Assembly (NCBI GenBank): GCA_951406725.2
Contig: OX597814.1
Span: 199,764,001-199,828,000, forward strand
From: Octopus vulgaris
Lineage: Eukaryota
DNA length: 64,000 nucleotides
Direction: 5' to 3'
Below, one piece after another: positions 1-11,177 of the stretch (position 1 is the first letter of the stretch; every line of letters starts with the position of its first letter). The position numbers were made by a program, and so were the translations under genes. The notes under the pieces are model-generated. The model saw nothing but the letters and a program-made list of their open reading frames with translations, did no database searches and had not been told where the DNA came from.

Positions 1-800
1 CAGAAGAAAAAATACATTTTATGTTACTTTTATCACAATATCCTGGAAAATGCACTGGAAAAGAATACAAATACAAAAACAAAAACGTATGAAAAATAAT
101 AATGTGATAACTAACGCTAGTAGAAAGCTACATCATGCATAATACTTGTTTAAAACGGTTGTTAAAATTCATAACAGCATCAGAATAAATGCTTTTTATT
201 AGTTCTTTACAGCTTTTCACGGCTGATAGTCAAAGACTGTGAATGCCAATTTGTCTGCAAAAATGTCAAATTTAATATTCTTTCAATATTCATCAAGTAT
301 TTCTTTCAAGTGCTGTTTCTGTTCTCAACCGAATTGATTCCAGTTTTTTGCATTGCTTCTTAAAAACACGTAAGTGGCCTCTTGTTGTTGGTTACAGAAT
401 ACCAAAATATTACTTTGTTAGATTTGAATTTGCTTGTCTCCCCCGCCTCCTCCACTCAAACTAATTATCTGCCTTCACTTAAGGCTTAAACAATGTTTTT
501 TTTTCTGTAATTGCAATCAGTTTCTTAACTTTACTCCACATATTTTCTGCAATGATTCCAACCTTAAAATGAAGTCCCTGTGTGATGTTGGTATATTCAT
601 CCACAGAAACTCGAACATTCCTTTATTCTCAGCATATTTAAGGTTCAGTCTAAGACATTGCTTCTTAATTCTTCCTAAAATATGTATCTATTAGTATATG
701 TATTTGATTAATATTGTGGACATATGCATGTATGTGAATATGTATTTAAATCTATATACACTTATTCATTTTGAGTATGTGTTTATCTCTTTGTACATAA

Positions 801-855
<55 letters not shown>

Positions 856-857
<2 letters not shown>

Positions 858-1112
858 AATGGAACAAAAACACAATAAAGGACAATAAAACATTCGGACA
901 GAAAAATGATACAAAGGTGGACAGGAGAAATAAAAAGTACAAGGACAGGTAAATAAGATGGGTCATCTGTGGCCTTCTTTCATCAGTCAAGTTTACCAGA
1001 AGTCCTTACTGTTTTGGGCAGTTACACTTGAGACAGTTAGATCTGGTTGCCCCTAAAAAAGTCTAAGCTAAGAGCATTAAGCATATGTGGAAAATGAGGG
1101 AGTATTGATTTT
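856..1112 (-). mobile_element. Short PLE-like non-autonomous element between (TA)n and (TG)n, carrying a permuted hammerhead-like motif
   Basis: Bounded by microsatellites; hammerhead core pieces inside; T-rich 3' part on the minus strand resembles 60120-60470. Confidence 0.5.
972..1054 (-). ncRNA. Non-circularly permuted hammerhead-like motif (decayed G12)
   Basis: Minus strand ACTG-TC-TCAAGT...tgccc-AAAA-CAGT...ACTTGA-CTGATGA: stem III 5 bp, stem I 6 bp, GUC triplet, intact CUGAUGA. Confidence 0.6.
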
Positions 1113-1221
1113 TGTGTGTGTGTGTGTGTGTGGTTTGTGGGAGGAGGTGCTTGAGTGGTGCAGGCCAGGTCAACCATCAGAGAACTCACAGGAATTGACC
1201 CATGGTAAATTGTGATATGGC

Positions 1222-1392
1222 TATTGTTCACAACCAAACATGTGGAAAGGTGTGCCTCTCAGTTGGAGGATTGAAATGGTATCTCAAGGGTTGATACTGT
1301 GGCACCTGTTCCATCTGCCAGCCAGCACAGCTGTGCCTTATGTAATGGAATATGCAAAACTGGGATCAAGAGTCATACAAGGGCTTCACATT
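1222..1392 (+). pseudogene. Degenerate pair of C2H2-like zinc fingers, probably the C-terminus of an RTE-type LINE ORF
   Basis: CGKVCLSVGGLKWYLK* and CALCNGICKTGIKSHTRASH in different frames, with a stop and frameshift. Confidence 0.45.
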
Positions 1393-1546
1393 ACATCAAC
1401 AATCATTCATTTCAGTGTTTCTTTCTAGTAATGGCTTTGCTCATATATGGGAAAGCAGCTAAGATATATATATATAATGTTAAATAAAGTGAGACATCAA
1501 AGCCAAGGCCGTGTGGAATTTTCAGGACATTTATAAAGAGAAAGTT

Positions 1547-1595
1547 AGTCTTACAGCTGTTTCTAAGATATTAAGGATATCCCTTCATCAGAGAC
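1547..1595 (-). ncRNA. Minimal type I hammerhead ribozyme (PLE type)
   Basis: GTCT-CTGATGA-agggatat..atatctta-GAAA-CAGCTG-TA-AGAC; palindromic stem III, GUA triplet. Confidence 0.8.
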
Positions 1596-1894
1596 GATGT
1601 GAGATGGTTAAATAGAGGGAAACATTAGAGTTCAATATGAGGAGTTATTTTGGAAAAGGAAGCAAATAAGGAGTATAGAGGGAAATAGGAGAATGAATGT
1701 AGAAATAGAAATAAAAATGCATAAAGATGTTATAGTTGGAATTCTATTATCCAAGGAAAGTGGTGTATAGAAATAGTAGAAATGCTTCTTGTCCATAGTA
1801 TGTAAATTCCAATAGGAGTTCATATTTTGTCATCAGAAATGGAAAGTGTAGAGATGTAGATTCCATGTGCTGTTCATTCAAGCACTCATTACAC

Positions 1895-2043
1895 TCTTGG
1901 AGTGCTTGGCATTAGAAAGGGCATCCCACCATATACACAACCATGCCAAATCAGACTGGATCCTGATGAAGCCTTCCAGCATGCCAGCCCAGTCAAACCG
2001 TCCAACCCATGCCAGCATTGACAACAGACACTAAATGATGATG
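1895..2043 (+). mobile_element. RTE 3'-end-derived repeat (family E), short decayed copy
   Basis: gaagggcatcc...aaccgtccaacccatgccagcat...aaatgatgatg, shared with 23902-24330. Confidence 0.7.
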
Positions 2044-2475
2044 CATGCATATCTATATATTTCTAAGTAAAGCATGAATGTGCTCATGTGTACATTTTTG
2101 TACATCTGGAAATAAGTCTATATATTTGTTTGTGTGTGTATATATATATATCACTCAGAGTTCATGCTAAAGAGAGATACAAATCCTCTTTCAGGAGACA
2201 GTAGTTGAATGTTTGGAATCTCATAGAATTAAAAAAAAAACAAATTCTTACCTATTTCAAAACAGAAAAAAATCATGCAAATACTTAAATGTTTGATTTT
2301 TTTTTTTTTAACATTCCATTATTCCATCCCATCCTATAGACTCACACACACACACACACACATTAATAAATGAAAATGGAAATTAAAATATAAGTGGAAA
2401 ATATATTATAAACCTTTTACTGCAGTCATGTGGTTTAGAAAAATAAACACTTAAATTCTGGAAATATATATGAGA

Positions 2476-2846
2476 CTAGCAGTATCGCCCGGCGTTGCTC
2501 AGGTTTGTAAGGGAAATAACTATAAAGCATTTTTAGAGAGTTATAGCCAAAAAATAGCAAAAAAATTATGGTAAATTTTTTTTGAGTTAAAAAAGGTTGA
2601 GTTGCGTCCCCTAGACAGTCTGTGGTTTGTTTCTGATTCTCGACCCCATGTCGATTTTATTGATTTTTTTTCAGAACTGGGGGAACTTTTCAAAATTTTC
2701 GCTGCGTTAGTTTTGAATTATGACATTGGGCTATATGTGTGTCAAGTTTCATCAGAATCGGTTGAAAGCCGTGGTCAGGGTGAGGGTACAAGCAAACAGA
2801 CACACAGAAACACGCACAGACAAACTGCCGTTTATATAGAGAGAGA
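2476..2846 (-). mobile_element. Non-autonomous Helitron
   Basis: Minus strand starts TC, ends CTAG, sits between A and T, with a GC-rich subterminal hairpin (cctgagcaacgccggg); no TSD. Confidence 0.85.
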
Positions 2847-2929
2847 TTTCTGGGAGTTAATGATTTGATTTTATAGCAAATTAAGTTTATGTATGTGGGT
2901 GTATGTATCTGTATACAGAGTATACTACA

Positions 2930-2961
<32 letters not shown>

Positions 2962-2963
<2 letters not shown>

Positions 2964-3293
2964 TCATCATCATCATCCAGTGTTTTAAATCAGGGTTTTG
3001 TCCCCGTTAACCAGGATACCCGGATCTACCCCAATGCCATAGCAACTGAGGTAGACAGGTGCAGCCCAACCTTTGGGCTGGCTGGTACCCATTCTCCTTT
3101 GCTATCATGGGGCATTTTGGAGTTGGATTTTCTACAGAGAGCATCCCCTTGCTTACCCCCCAACCTTAGTTTCTAGACATGAGCAGTGCCGAGACCAAGG
3201 CTTCTGCTACAATTTTTAAGAAATGTGGTGGAAAACTAGCTCAGGAAGGCAGGGATGCTACTCCCTGATACCCCTTTCAGAGCCTCCCTACCG

Positions 3294-3295
<2 letters not shown>
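2962..3295 (-). mobile_element. RTE-related non-autonomous remnant ending in (GAT)n
   Basis: (CAT)n on plus strand; minus strand gcaaggggatgctctctgtagaaaa resembles the family E motif ggaagggcatccagctgtagaaa. Confidence 0.35.
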
Positions 3296-3327
<32 letters not shown>

Positions 3328-3561
3328 TTTATAGGGCATTAGGAAGAACATTCAGCCTTAGAAACCATATCAAAGCAGACACTGGAGTATGATGCAGGTT
3401 TTTGTTACATTGGGTTCTGTTAAACCACCTACCCCATGGAACATCAGTATTAAATGAGGATATAATACATATTATGCTTACTCTTGTGTGTGTATGTGTA
3501 TGAATATGTCATGCATACACTTGTATGTGTATGCATGTGTGTGCACATACATGTGTATGTA

Positions 3562-3619
<58 letters not shown>

Positions 3620-3621
<2 letters not shown>

Positions 3622-3778
3622 TAAAATTTAGATACAGATGAATATGGTACTTAATTTAAAGGCACCAGAATTTAGTATGGTATTATCCATATAATTCAAA
3701 ATGGGGTGATTATAATCAAAATAAGCAACGATCATACTGCATTACCTCTCGATATCCTTGTTGCTTATTTTGATTATA
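3620..3778. mobile_element. (TA)n-flanked repeat with a 19-bp fold-back; second copy inverted at 43548-43683
   Basis: Arms tataatcaaaataagcaac 3711-3729 / 3760-3778; about 120 bp shared with 43561-43680. Confidence 0.7.
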
Positions 3779-3789
3779 TATATAAAATA

Positions 3790-3995
3790 GTAAATCCAAA
3801 AAAAAACGAAGAACAAATACAAGATAAAAACAACACAAGGACGTGGTACATGCAAAGTATTAGCAGATGTTCAGGGACGGAAAGAGAGGAAGTTTTTACA
3901 TTTCAAGCAAAGCTCTTCTCCAGAAACAGGAGACAGAGGAAAGTCCAAGAGAAAAGCAAGACAGAGGAAAAAAGTTGCCAATGATCCGCATGTAA
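3790..3995 (-). mobile_element. PLE pLTR-like remnant with decayed minimal hammerhead (3891-3928)
   Basis: gttt-CTGGAGA-a-gagc-ttt-gctt-GAAA-tg-TA-aaaac; follows (TA)n. Confidence 0.6.
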
Positions 3996-4039
3996 ATCAA
4001 AATTCCATAAACACTTAATATTCAATTTTATTTATTCAT

Positions 4040-4143
4040 TCCAATTAGGAATGTTTAATAATTGAGTGCTGTGAGGTGAAATCACCCTTTTTTTTCTTTT
4101 CACGTTTTGATTTACTGTCGGGTGACTTTTGGCCATCCCTGTT
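4040..4143. mobile_element. Possible Tc1/mariner terminal fragment
   Basis: Reverse complement begins CAGGGATGGCCAAAAGTCACC next to TA repeats; only one end seen. Confidence 0.35.
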
Positions 4144-4150
4144 TTTATAT

Positions 4151-4181
<31 letters not shown>

Positions 4182-4215
4182 GTCATTACAGATATTATTA
4201 TAATATATATATATA

Positions 4216-4358
4216 TATATAAGAATTTTTTGCGTAATGAGATAAAAAAACAAGGCTGTGTAGATATTAGAGCATTTATAGACCTTCTAGCTATAAATGC
4301 TCTAATATCTACACAGCCTTGGTTTTTTTTATTTTATTACGCAAAAAATTCTTATATA
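4216..4358. repeat. Near-perfect fold-back, arms about 66 bp, 9-nt loop
   Basis: caaggctgtgtagatattagagcatttatag / ctataaatgctctaatatctacacagccttg. Confidence 0.9.
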
Positions 4359-4495
4359 CACATACTGACATAGAACCAACATTGAACCTTTTATTCGCAA
4401 AATTACCGAATCTGGAACTTAACGATGGTCTGTCTATAGCACTTATTCAGCATTACCTGACACTGTTGGGTCTCAATGACTCCATTATCTCTTTT

Positions 4496-4537
<42 letters not shown>

Positions 4538-5105
4538 ATGCATATGCTCATGTGTATGTGCTTGTGTGTATATAAATGCATGTATGTACATATGTATGCA
4601 TGAGAGCTGGACTAACAGTCAGATTTTCCTGGTATTTGAATATACTGAAATTTTCAAGTTTCTCTTTTCCATCAAATTACTAAAGTTACAGTGTTGATGT
4701 CAAACTCTCTCACATTCTGTCTTTGATATATTTATTCTGCCTTATCTTCAAACTATGTGTGATATGTGACCTTGACTATCTAGCAGAGGAGTGGTGGCTG
4801 CAAATGTAAATAAGGTATCAGGGTGTTCTTTTTTTTTTTTTTTTTTAATATAATTTTAGTTCCTTACACATGATGTTGATCTTGAAGGACCAAACTACTT
4901 GTGCAAGTTATAAACAAATGTATGTCAGATTAACCTATACTTGAGGCGGTGAAGCTTTATACGTCAAAGGCTACAATGAAAATAGTTTGAAGGTGTCCCA
5001 TGTGACCAAAGAACTTTTTATTCTGCTAAACGAAATACTTAATAAAATATTTCGTTTTTGGATCTGGTTTGCAAGATTCTTTATATGAGTTTGTGTGTTG
5101 AAGCA

Positions 5106-5399
5106 TATTATGTTGTGTCTAGGAAGAGTCATTTTCTTTTTGTGCCTTATTATATAACACACTCATCAGTAAAATTTCCACTTTTTTCTTATTTTTATTG
5201 TCCTAAAATTTTCGTTGTGTCTTGCAACCTTTTCAATAATTTTCAATAGTTTTAAATAGAGTCAAAACTATTGAAAAGGTTGCAAGATGCAACGAAAATT
5301 TTAGGGAAATAAAAATAAGAAATAAGTGGAAATTTTACTGGTGAGTGTTACATAATAAGGCACAAAAAGAAAATGACTCTCCCCAGACACAATTTAATA
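5106..5399. repeat. Fold-back of a PLE-like repeat (arms about 140 bp) with a UUGAAAA hammerhead-like variant
   Basis: Arms are reverse complements; same family as 27306-27663. Confidence 0.85.
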
Positions 5400-5799
5400 A
5401 AATATAATTTATGAAAACTCTAAGAAAATGTAGATAGCTGAAGTTTCACTCTTACCATATTTCATTTCTATGTTTTAAAGATAATTGTAATTAGTTTAAA
5501 CACATATTCATAAGTGTGTGTAAAGAAATATGAGCAGGTGTTTCTAAAATTCACAATTGGTTGAAAAGACAAGTTTTTAATTAATATTAAATTGAGAACA
5601 ATATATTTCAGCTTCAGAAATTTTCATTAAATATTGTACTTCTTTAAGAAAGCTGCACTTAGCCCCACCATTGAATCTCAGGGACTTGCTGAGGAAAATA
5701 ACATGATGATACAACTAGAAGCTTAATTGAAATATAGTTTTTCCAAGAAGAGTAAACTAAAATTTTCAAATATGTTTGATTTTTTTCTTTTATTTTCTT

Positions 5800-6020
5800 C
5801 TATTTGTTTTAGTCATTTGACTGTGGCCATGCTGGAGCACTGCTTTTAGTCGAGCAAATTGAGCCCAAGACTTATTCTTTGTAAGCCTAGTACTTACTCT
5901 ATTGGTCTCTTTTGCTGAACCGCTAAGTTATGAGGACATAAACACACCAACATCAGTTGTCAAGCGATGTTGGGGGGACAAACACAGGCACACAAACATA
6001 TACACACACATACATATACA
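5800..6020 (-). mobile_element. SINE family A, 3' half
   Basis: Matches tail gctccagcatggccacagtcaaatgact. Confidence 0.85.
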
Positions 6021-6613
6021 GTTTCAGTCAGGTTGGTAACAAAAGGGTTAATTTCTTACACTGACATAAATTTGACAAACTGTTTTTTTTATTTCAAGTT
6101 ATAACTAACTCATATATTTAGACGTCAATGATTCCAACATTTGAATTTTTTTATATATTTATCTGCTATAACTGTCTACTAAAATATTATTTTATTTGAC
6201 CGGTAGAGTTATCTCCTGTACCTCTGAAATTGCATTTTACTGTACCAAAGAGTGTGGTGGTCCGTGTGATAGAAACATTCATATTTTCCCACCAGAACTT
6301 AAATGACTTACTACATGAGCATATTTATACATGCCTGAGACTTATCATTTTCTATTCCAACAGTTGACTTTTCCCTTATCTCTCTGATTGCAGCATATGG
6401 AGTTTTATTGAGTGCATTCATTAAATTTTGAGAAATCAGCAAAATATTTGTGATTCATTCTCTCTCTTTCGTTATGAATCTCTCTTTGTAAACAAATGTT
6501 TACAGACTCTGAAGAACTGCTTTGCAATATTTTTAATTACTGTTTATAAAGTTGTTGCAGGCATAGCTACGTGGTTAAGATGTTTGCCTTCCAAATATAT
6601 TGTTTTGGGTTGT

Positions 6614-6840
6614 AAGGCATCGAGCTGGCAGAAACGTTAGCACGCCGGGCGAAATGCATAGCCGTATTACATCTGCCGTTACGTTCAGGGTTCAAATTCT
6701 GCCGAGGTCGACTTTGCCTTTTTCGGGATCGATAAATTAAGTACCAGTTATGCACTGGGGTTGATGTAATCGACGTAATCCGTTTGTCTGTCCTTGTTTG
6801 TCCCCTCTGTCTTTAGTCCCTTGTGGGCAGTAAAGAAATA
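6614..6840 (+). mobile_element. SINE family B (Meta-domain-like) nested in a decayed family A head
   Basis: gaggtcgactttgcc...gataaattaagtaccag body; TSD atatattgttttgggtt at 6595-6611 / 6840-6856. Confidence 0.85.
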
Positions 6841-7707
6841 TATATTGTTTTGGGTTCAGTCTCATTGTGTGACACTATGGCTAAGTGTTTTCTACTGTAG
6901 TTCTATCCTGACCAAAGCTTTGTGTGTGGATTTGGCAGATGGAAACTGAAAGAAGCCTTTCATACATGTGTGTGTGTGTGTGTGTGTTTCTCTTTGTCTT
7001 GACATCACGTGATAGTTGTGAATGAGTGTTAATGTCACACATGTGCTGTCTTCTGCAAAAATATCTGCCCATGAGGAAATATTACCTTACTTAGAAACAG
7101 ATAAAGGTTGATGACAGGAAGAGCATCTGGCTGTAGAAAATCTGCCTCAATGTATTCCATCTGACCCAAGTGAACAAACAAAAGAGGACGATAAAACAAT
7201 GATGATGAGGATGATAAAAGGTATCTAATTCTGAAACACCACATCTCTTCATAGATTCTTGTCAATATCACTACAGTCAACACAAGATCTGATTACTTTT
7301 GTCTCCTTACTTCTATCGCTATCTCATCTAAAACTACCAAGCAGTTCATAATCTTGCTGTTTTTTCAGATTGCTTTTTATTTATTTTATTTTTATTTTTT
7401 TTTTGTCTTTTATGTCTGTTTATTGTTCTCAAGAGCCTTCTCCTCGCAATTTGTATAATTGATTTCCAATCATAACCTCTTTAAACTTAAAAATTCACAT
7501 ACTTTAGTCAACAACATTCACATTCTGTTCACACTGTTTATTTAATAACATATCATAATTGAACATCCCTAGGTAATCCTTGTTAATAGCTAATAATTTT
7601 ACATGTTATCATTTTGAAATTCTAATTAAATATGACTGTTTGCACTATAATAATCGCAGGAAAATTTGAAATTTTATCATCTAAATTGAAGCCAAAACAG
7701 AAATAAC

Positions 7708-7742
<35 letters not shown>

Positions 7743-7804
7743 TAATAATAATAATAATAATTTATCATCTAAACTAAAGCCTAAATTAATGATAATAATA
7801 ATAA

Positions 7805-8007
7805 TCTGCTCAACACCACAGACTTGTTTGTCAGTTGTTTCTAACGGATCTTAACTGACTGGAAGTGCTATTATGTATTTTGTTTTGTCTTGGTATAACA
7901 GATGGGCTACAGCAAATATTCTGCTCATTACCACAGATTTGTTTGTCAGTTGTTTGACTTTAATCATTTGACCATGTCCCTTAGTGGCTGATGATATGTG
8001 CATCTCT
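7805..8007 (+). mobile_element. Partial, rearranged copy of (TAA)n-associated family T
   Basis: gatgggctacagcaaatattctgctc...tagtggctgatgatatgtgcatctctg as at 30721; preceded by (TAA)n. Confidence 0.75.
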
Positions 8008-8329
8008 GTCAACCTCATTGGAATTTGAGCTCAGAACATACAGCTGAAATCTTGTTAAGCATCTTGTCAGGCATGCTAATGGTTCTGCCAGCTCATTGCC
8101 TAAGTAGTAATGTTAACAGTGGTTTAAAATTTTGGTACAAAGCCAGTAACTTTGAGGTTGAGGGGAAGTCGATAACATAAACACCAGTGCTCCAAAAGGA
8201 TGAAAGATAAAGTCAACCTCAGTAGCATTTGAACTCAGAACATGAGGACAAAAGAAATGCAGCTAAGCATTTTGTCCAGCATGCTAACAATTCTGCCAGC
8301 TAGCCACCTTTATAATAATAATAATATAA

Positions 8330-8820
8330 ATAAAAGCTAATAAACCGGATATCATTATAAAAGATCAGACAAAAAAGGTATGTTTATTAACTGACATGAG
8401 TATTCCCTGCGATCTCAATATAGTGGCGAAAGAATTTGACAAGATTAGTAAATATAATGACTTTCTAACAGAAATTGAAAAAATGCGGCATCTCAAGGCA
8501 ACTACAGTACCAGTGATTGTAGGATCTCTAGGAATGATAAAAAATAAGGTACTGAAACCTATTTGAAAATGATTCCAGGCTTACCATCCCTACAGGAAGT
8601 GCAAAAAATCATGTTGACTGGAATGGCTCATGTACTGAGAAAACACTGTGAAAACAACATCCATCCATGAATTTATTTATCTATTAATTTTTAGATACAT
8701 ATTTTACCTGTGTATTTGTGCATGTAATCTGGGAATGCATACAATGAGCTTCTCTGCCCTAGGTGTATGGAAAACACTCGGTGAGAAACGGAAGAAAATT
8801 TGAAGAAAGGAAAAAAAAGT
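8330..8820 (+). mobile_element. R4/Dong-clade LINE 3' fragment: restriction-like endonuclease domain plus 3' UTR
   Basis: IKANKPDIIIKDQTKKVCLLTDMSIPCDLNIVAKEFDKISKY...VPVIVGSLGMIK, frameshift, then KGTETYLKMIPGLPSLQEVQKIMLTGMAHVLRK; PD..D and K..KY motifs. Confidence 0.85.
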
Positions 8821-9880
8821 AGTAGTAGTATTTTCTACCTTGGATGCAAGGCATGAAATTTTGGTGGAGGGGCCAGTTGATCACTCGAACCCCGGTACTA
8901 TGAGGATAATAATGGTATATTTAAGTATGATATATTCAAGTAAAGCTTACCATTTAGATTTTATAATTGACTTATTTTAATTTTTTTTCATTCATTTATT
9001 TCATTAATGATGTTTATTGATAAAAAATTCATTCATTGATATTAATGACCCACATTTTAGCAACTAATTTTAAATACTTAAACTAAATTTAAAATATAAT
9101 TTGTTAAAAATTCCCCCAAAAAATGAAAAATTGCTTTCAAATTTAACAACCGTTTTGTCATAGTTCCTTTAAATAAGAAATAATGCTCAGCAAATTTTAT
9201 TTTGCATTCTTTAAATTTTATTCACAAATCAATTAATAGAATTGCTTGGTACTTAAGCCACAAATCTGGATCTCAAACTAGAATTAATTAGCGAGCCTTT
9301 GTTTCTGACCACAATTGGCTCATAGTATATTTTATCAAATTTAATTGTTATATTGTATCTTTCAAATTGATTTTAATTCCATTTTAGATGACTAAAATAA
9401 GCACCACTCTTTTAGTCTCATGATAGTATTGTCATTCTAAAGTGAAAATAGAAAATTTCCACTTTAAGAAAGCATTCATTTCTCTTGTGTGCATTAAATA
9501 TAATCGTACGACAGGATTACAACATTGAGCATATCTAATCAGATTATAGATAAATTATTATTATTCAGCCGATACAGATATGATTATAAATATTTTCCAG
9601 CCTGAATTATTCTTCATAATGTAAAAAAAAAATTGTTTATTTCTGTAAATCTTTCTTCAGTTATAGAGATTATACCAAGATTAATTGACAGAACAGTCCT
9701 GAGTCAGGTTATATCATTACCTAAATCAAATTTAGAGCCTATGTAGAAAATAATTCCAGCATAAGTAGAGCCATATTGCATTGTGTATAGAAAAGAGAAC
9801 CATGTTGATAGATTGAAATTTATTAAAAATACTGAATGCAGTGGGGTCCAAAGAATTTTATTGCAATATGACAGTAATTT

Positions 9881-10202
9881 GTGGAAGCGCAATGGCCAGT
9901 GGTTAGGGCAACGGACTCGCAGTTGGAGGATTGCAGTTTCAATTCCCAGACTGGGCGTTGTGTGTGTTTATTGAGCGAAAACACCTAAAAAAATAGCTCC
10001 ATGAGGCTCCAGCAGGGGGTAGTGGCAACCCCTGTTGTACTCTTTCGGCACAACTTTCTTTCACTCTCTCTTCCTGTTTCTTGAGTAACGCTGCGATGGA
10101 CTGGTGTCCCGTCCAGCTGGGGGGAACACACACGCCACAGAAACCAGGAAATCGTGCCCATGAGTATGGATAGGCTTGAAAAGGGTGAAACAGAAAGAGA
10201 TA
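9881..10202 (+). mobile_element. tRNA-derived SINE family C with V-domain-like tail
   Basis: A/B-box head; gctgcgatggactggtgtcccgtccag; TSD acagtaattt 9871-9880 / 10203-10212. Confidence 0.85.
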
Positions 10203-10534
10203 ACAGTAATTTAAATAGTTTCTGGAATATAAACTGTTTTATAAATTCGGCACATCTGATATAAAAAAAAAACAAAAAAAACTTTGTGCTTTTTGTAATT
10301 TTTAATTCAATTTCTAATATTTTAAAATAGAATCTAGATTTTATATGAGATATTACAGTCCTTAATATAATAATCACACCAGAAATCTTCATAGGAATGA
10401 AAGCGTATTTTCCATTGGTTGGTTGGCTTGCTGGCTGGTTGGTTGTTGGTTGGTTGGTAGCTTTTGTTTCAGTTATCTTTTCTAATTAAAATTCTAAAAC
10501 TTATGGAAGATTTTTAAAACAATTTGATAATTAT

Positions 10535-10890
10535 AGGCGCAGGAGTGGCTGTGTGGTAAGTAGCTTGCTAACCAACCACACGGTTGCGGGTTCAGTCCCA
10601 CTGCGTGGCATCTTGGGCAAGTGTCTTCTGCTATAGCCCCGGGCCGACCAATGCCTTGTGAGTGGATTTGGTAGACGGAAACTGAAAGAAGCCTGTCGTA
10701 TATATGTATATATATGTATGTGTGTGTTTGTGTGTCTGTGTTTGTCCCCCTAGCATTGCTTGACAACCGATGCTGGTGTGTTTATGTCCCCGTCACTTAG
10801 CGGTTCGGCAAAAAGAGACCGATAGAATAAGTACTAAAAGGTGGTGCTCCAGCATGGCCGCAGTCAAATGACTGAAACAAGTAAAAGAGT
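10535..10890 (+). mobile_element. tRNA-derived SINE family A, near full length
   Basis: Head ggcgcaggagtggctgtgtggt..ggttcagtcc, central (TA/TG)n, tail gactgaaacaagtaaaagag; more than 20 copies in the window. Confidence 0.9.
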
Positions 10891-11177
10891 TTGAGAAATA
10901 AATAGAGCAACAAAGGCAACATCCACTTTTAAGTAGTGTATAAATTTGGTAAATGCTAGCTATGGAATCTCACAAAAGGAAGATTCCAGATTTGCACTAA
11001 ACGTATCAACTTAAAAGATTGTAAACACTAATACTGTAATAACTATCTTTGATTTTCTTAGTCTTTACTTTTACTGATATAAGCTAGTATTCTTTTCTCC
11101 TCTAGGCACAAGACCCAAGATTTTGGGGGAGTGGGGCCATTTGATTAGATCAACCTCAGTACACAACTGGTACTTAA

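Noticed and set aside
230-680. Coding-looking minus-strand stretch after ttttag
   Set aside because: Multiple stops and no recognisable motif
9881-9955. tRNA-like heads as tRNA genes
   Set aside because: No proper acceptor stem; they continue into SINE bodies with TSDs
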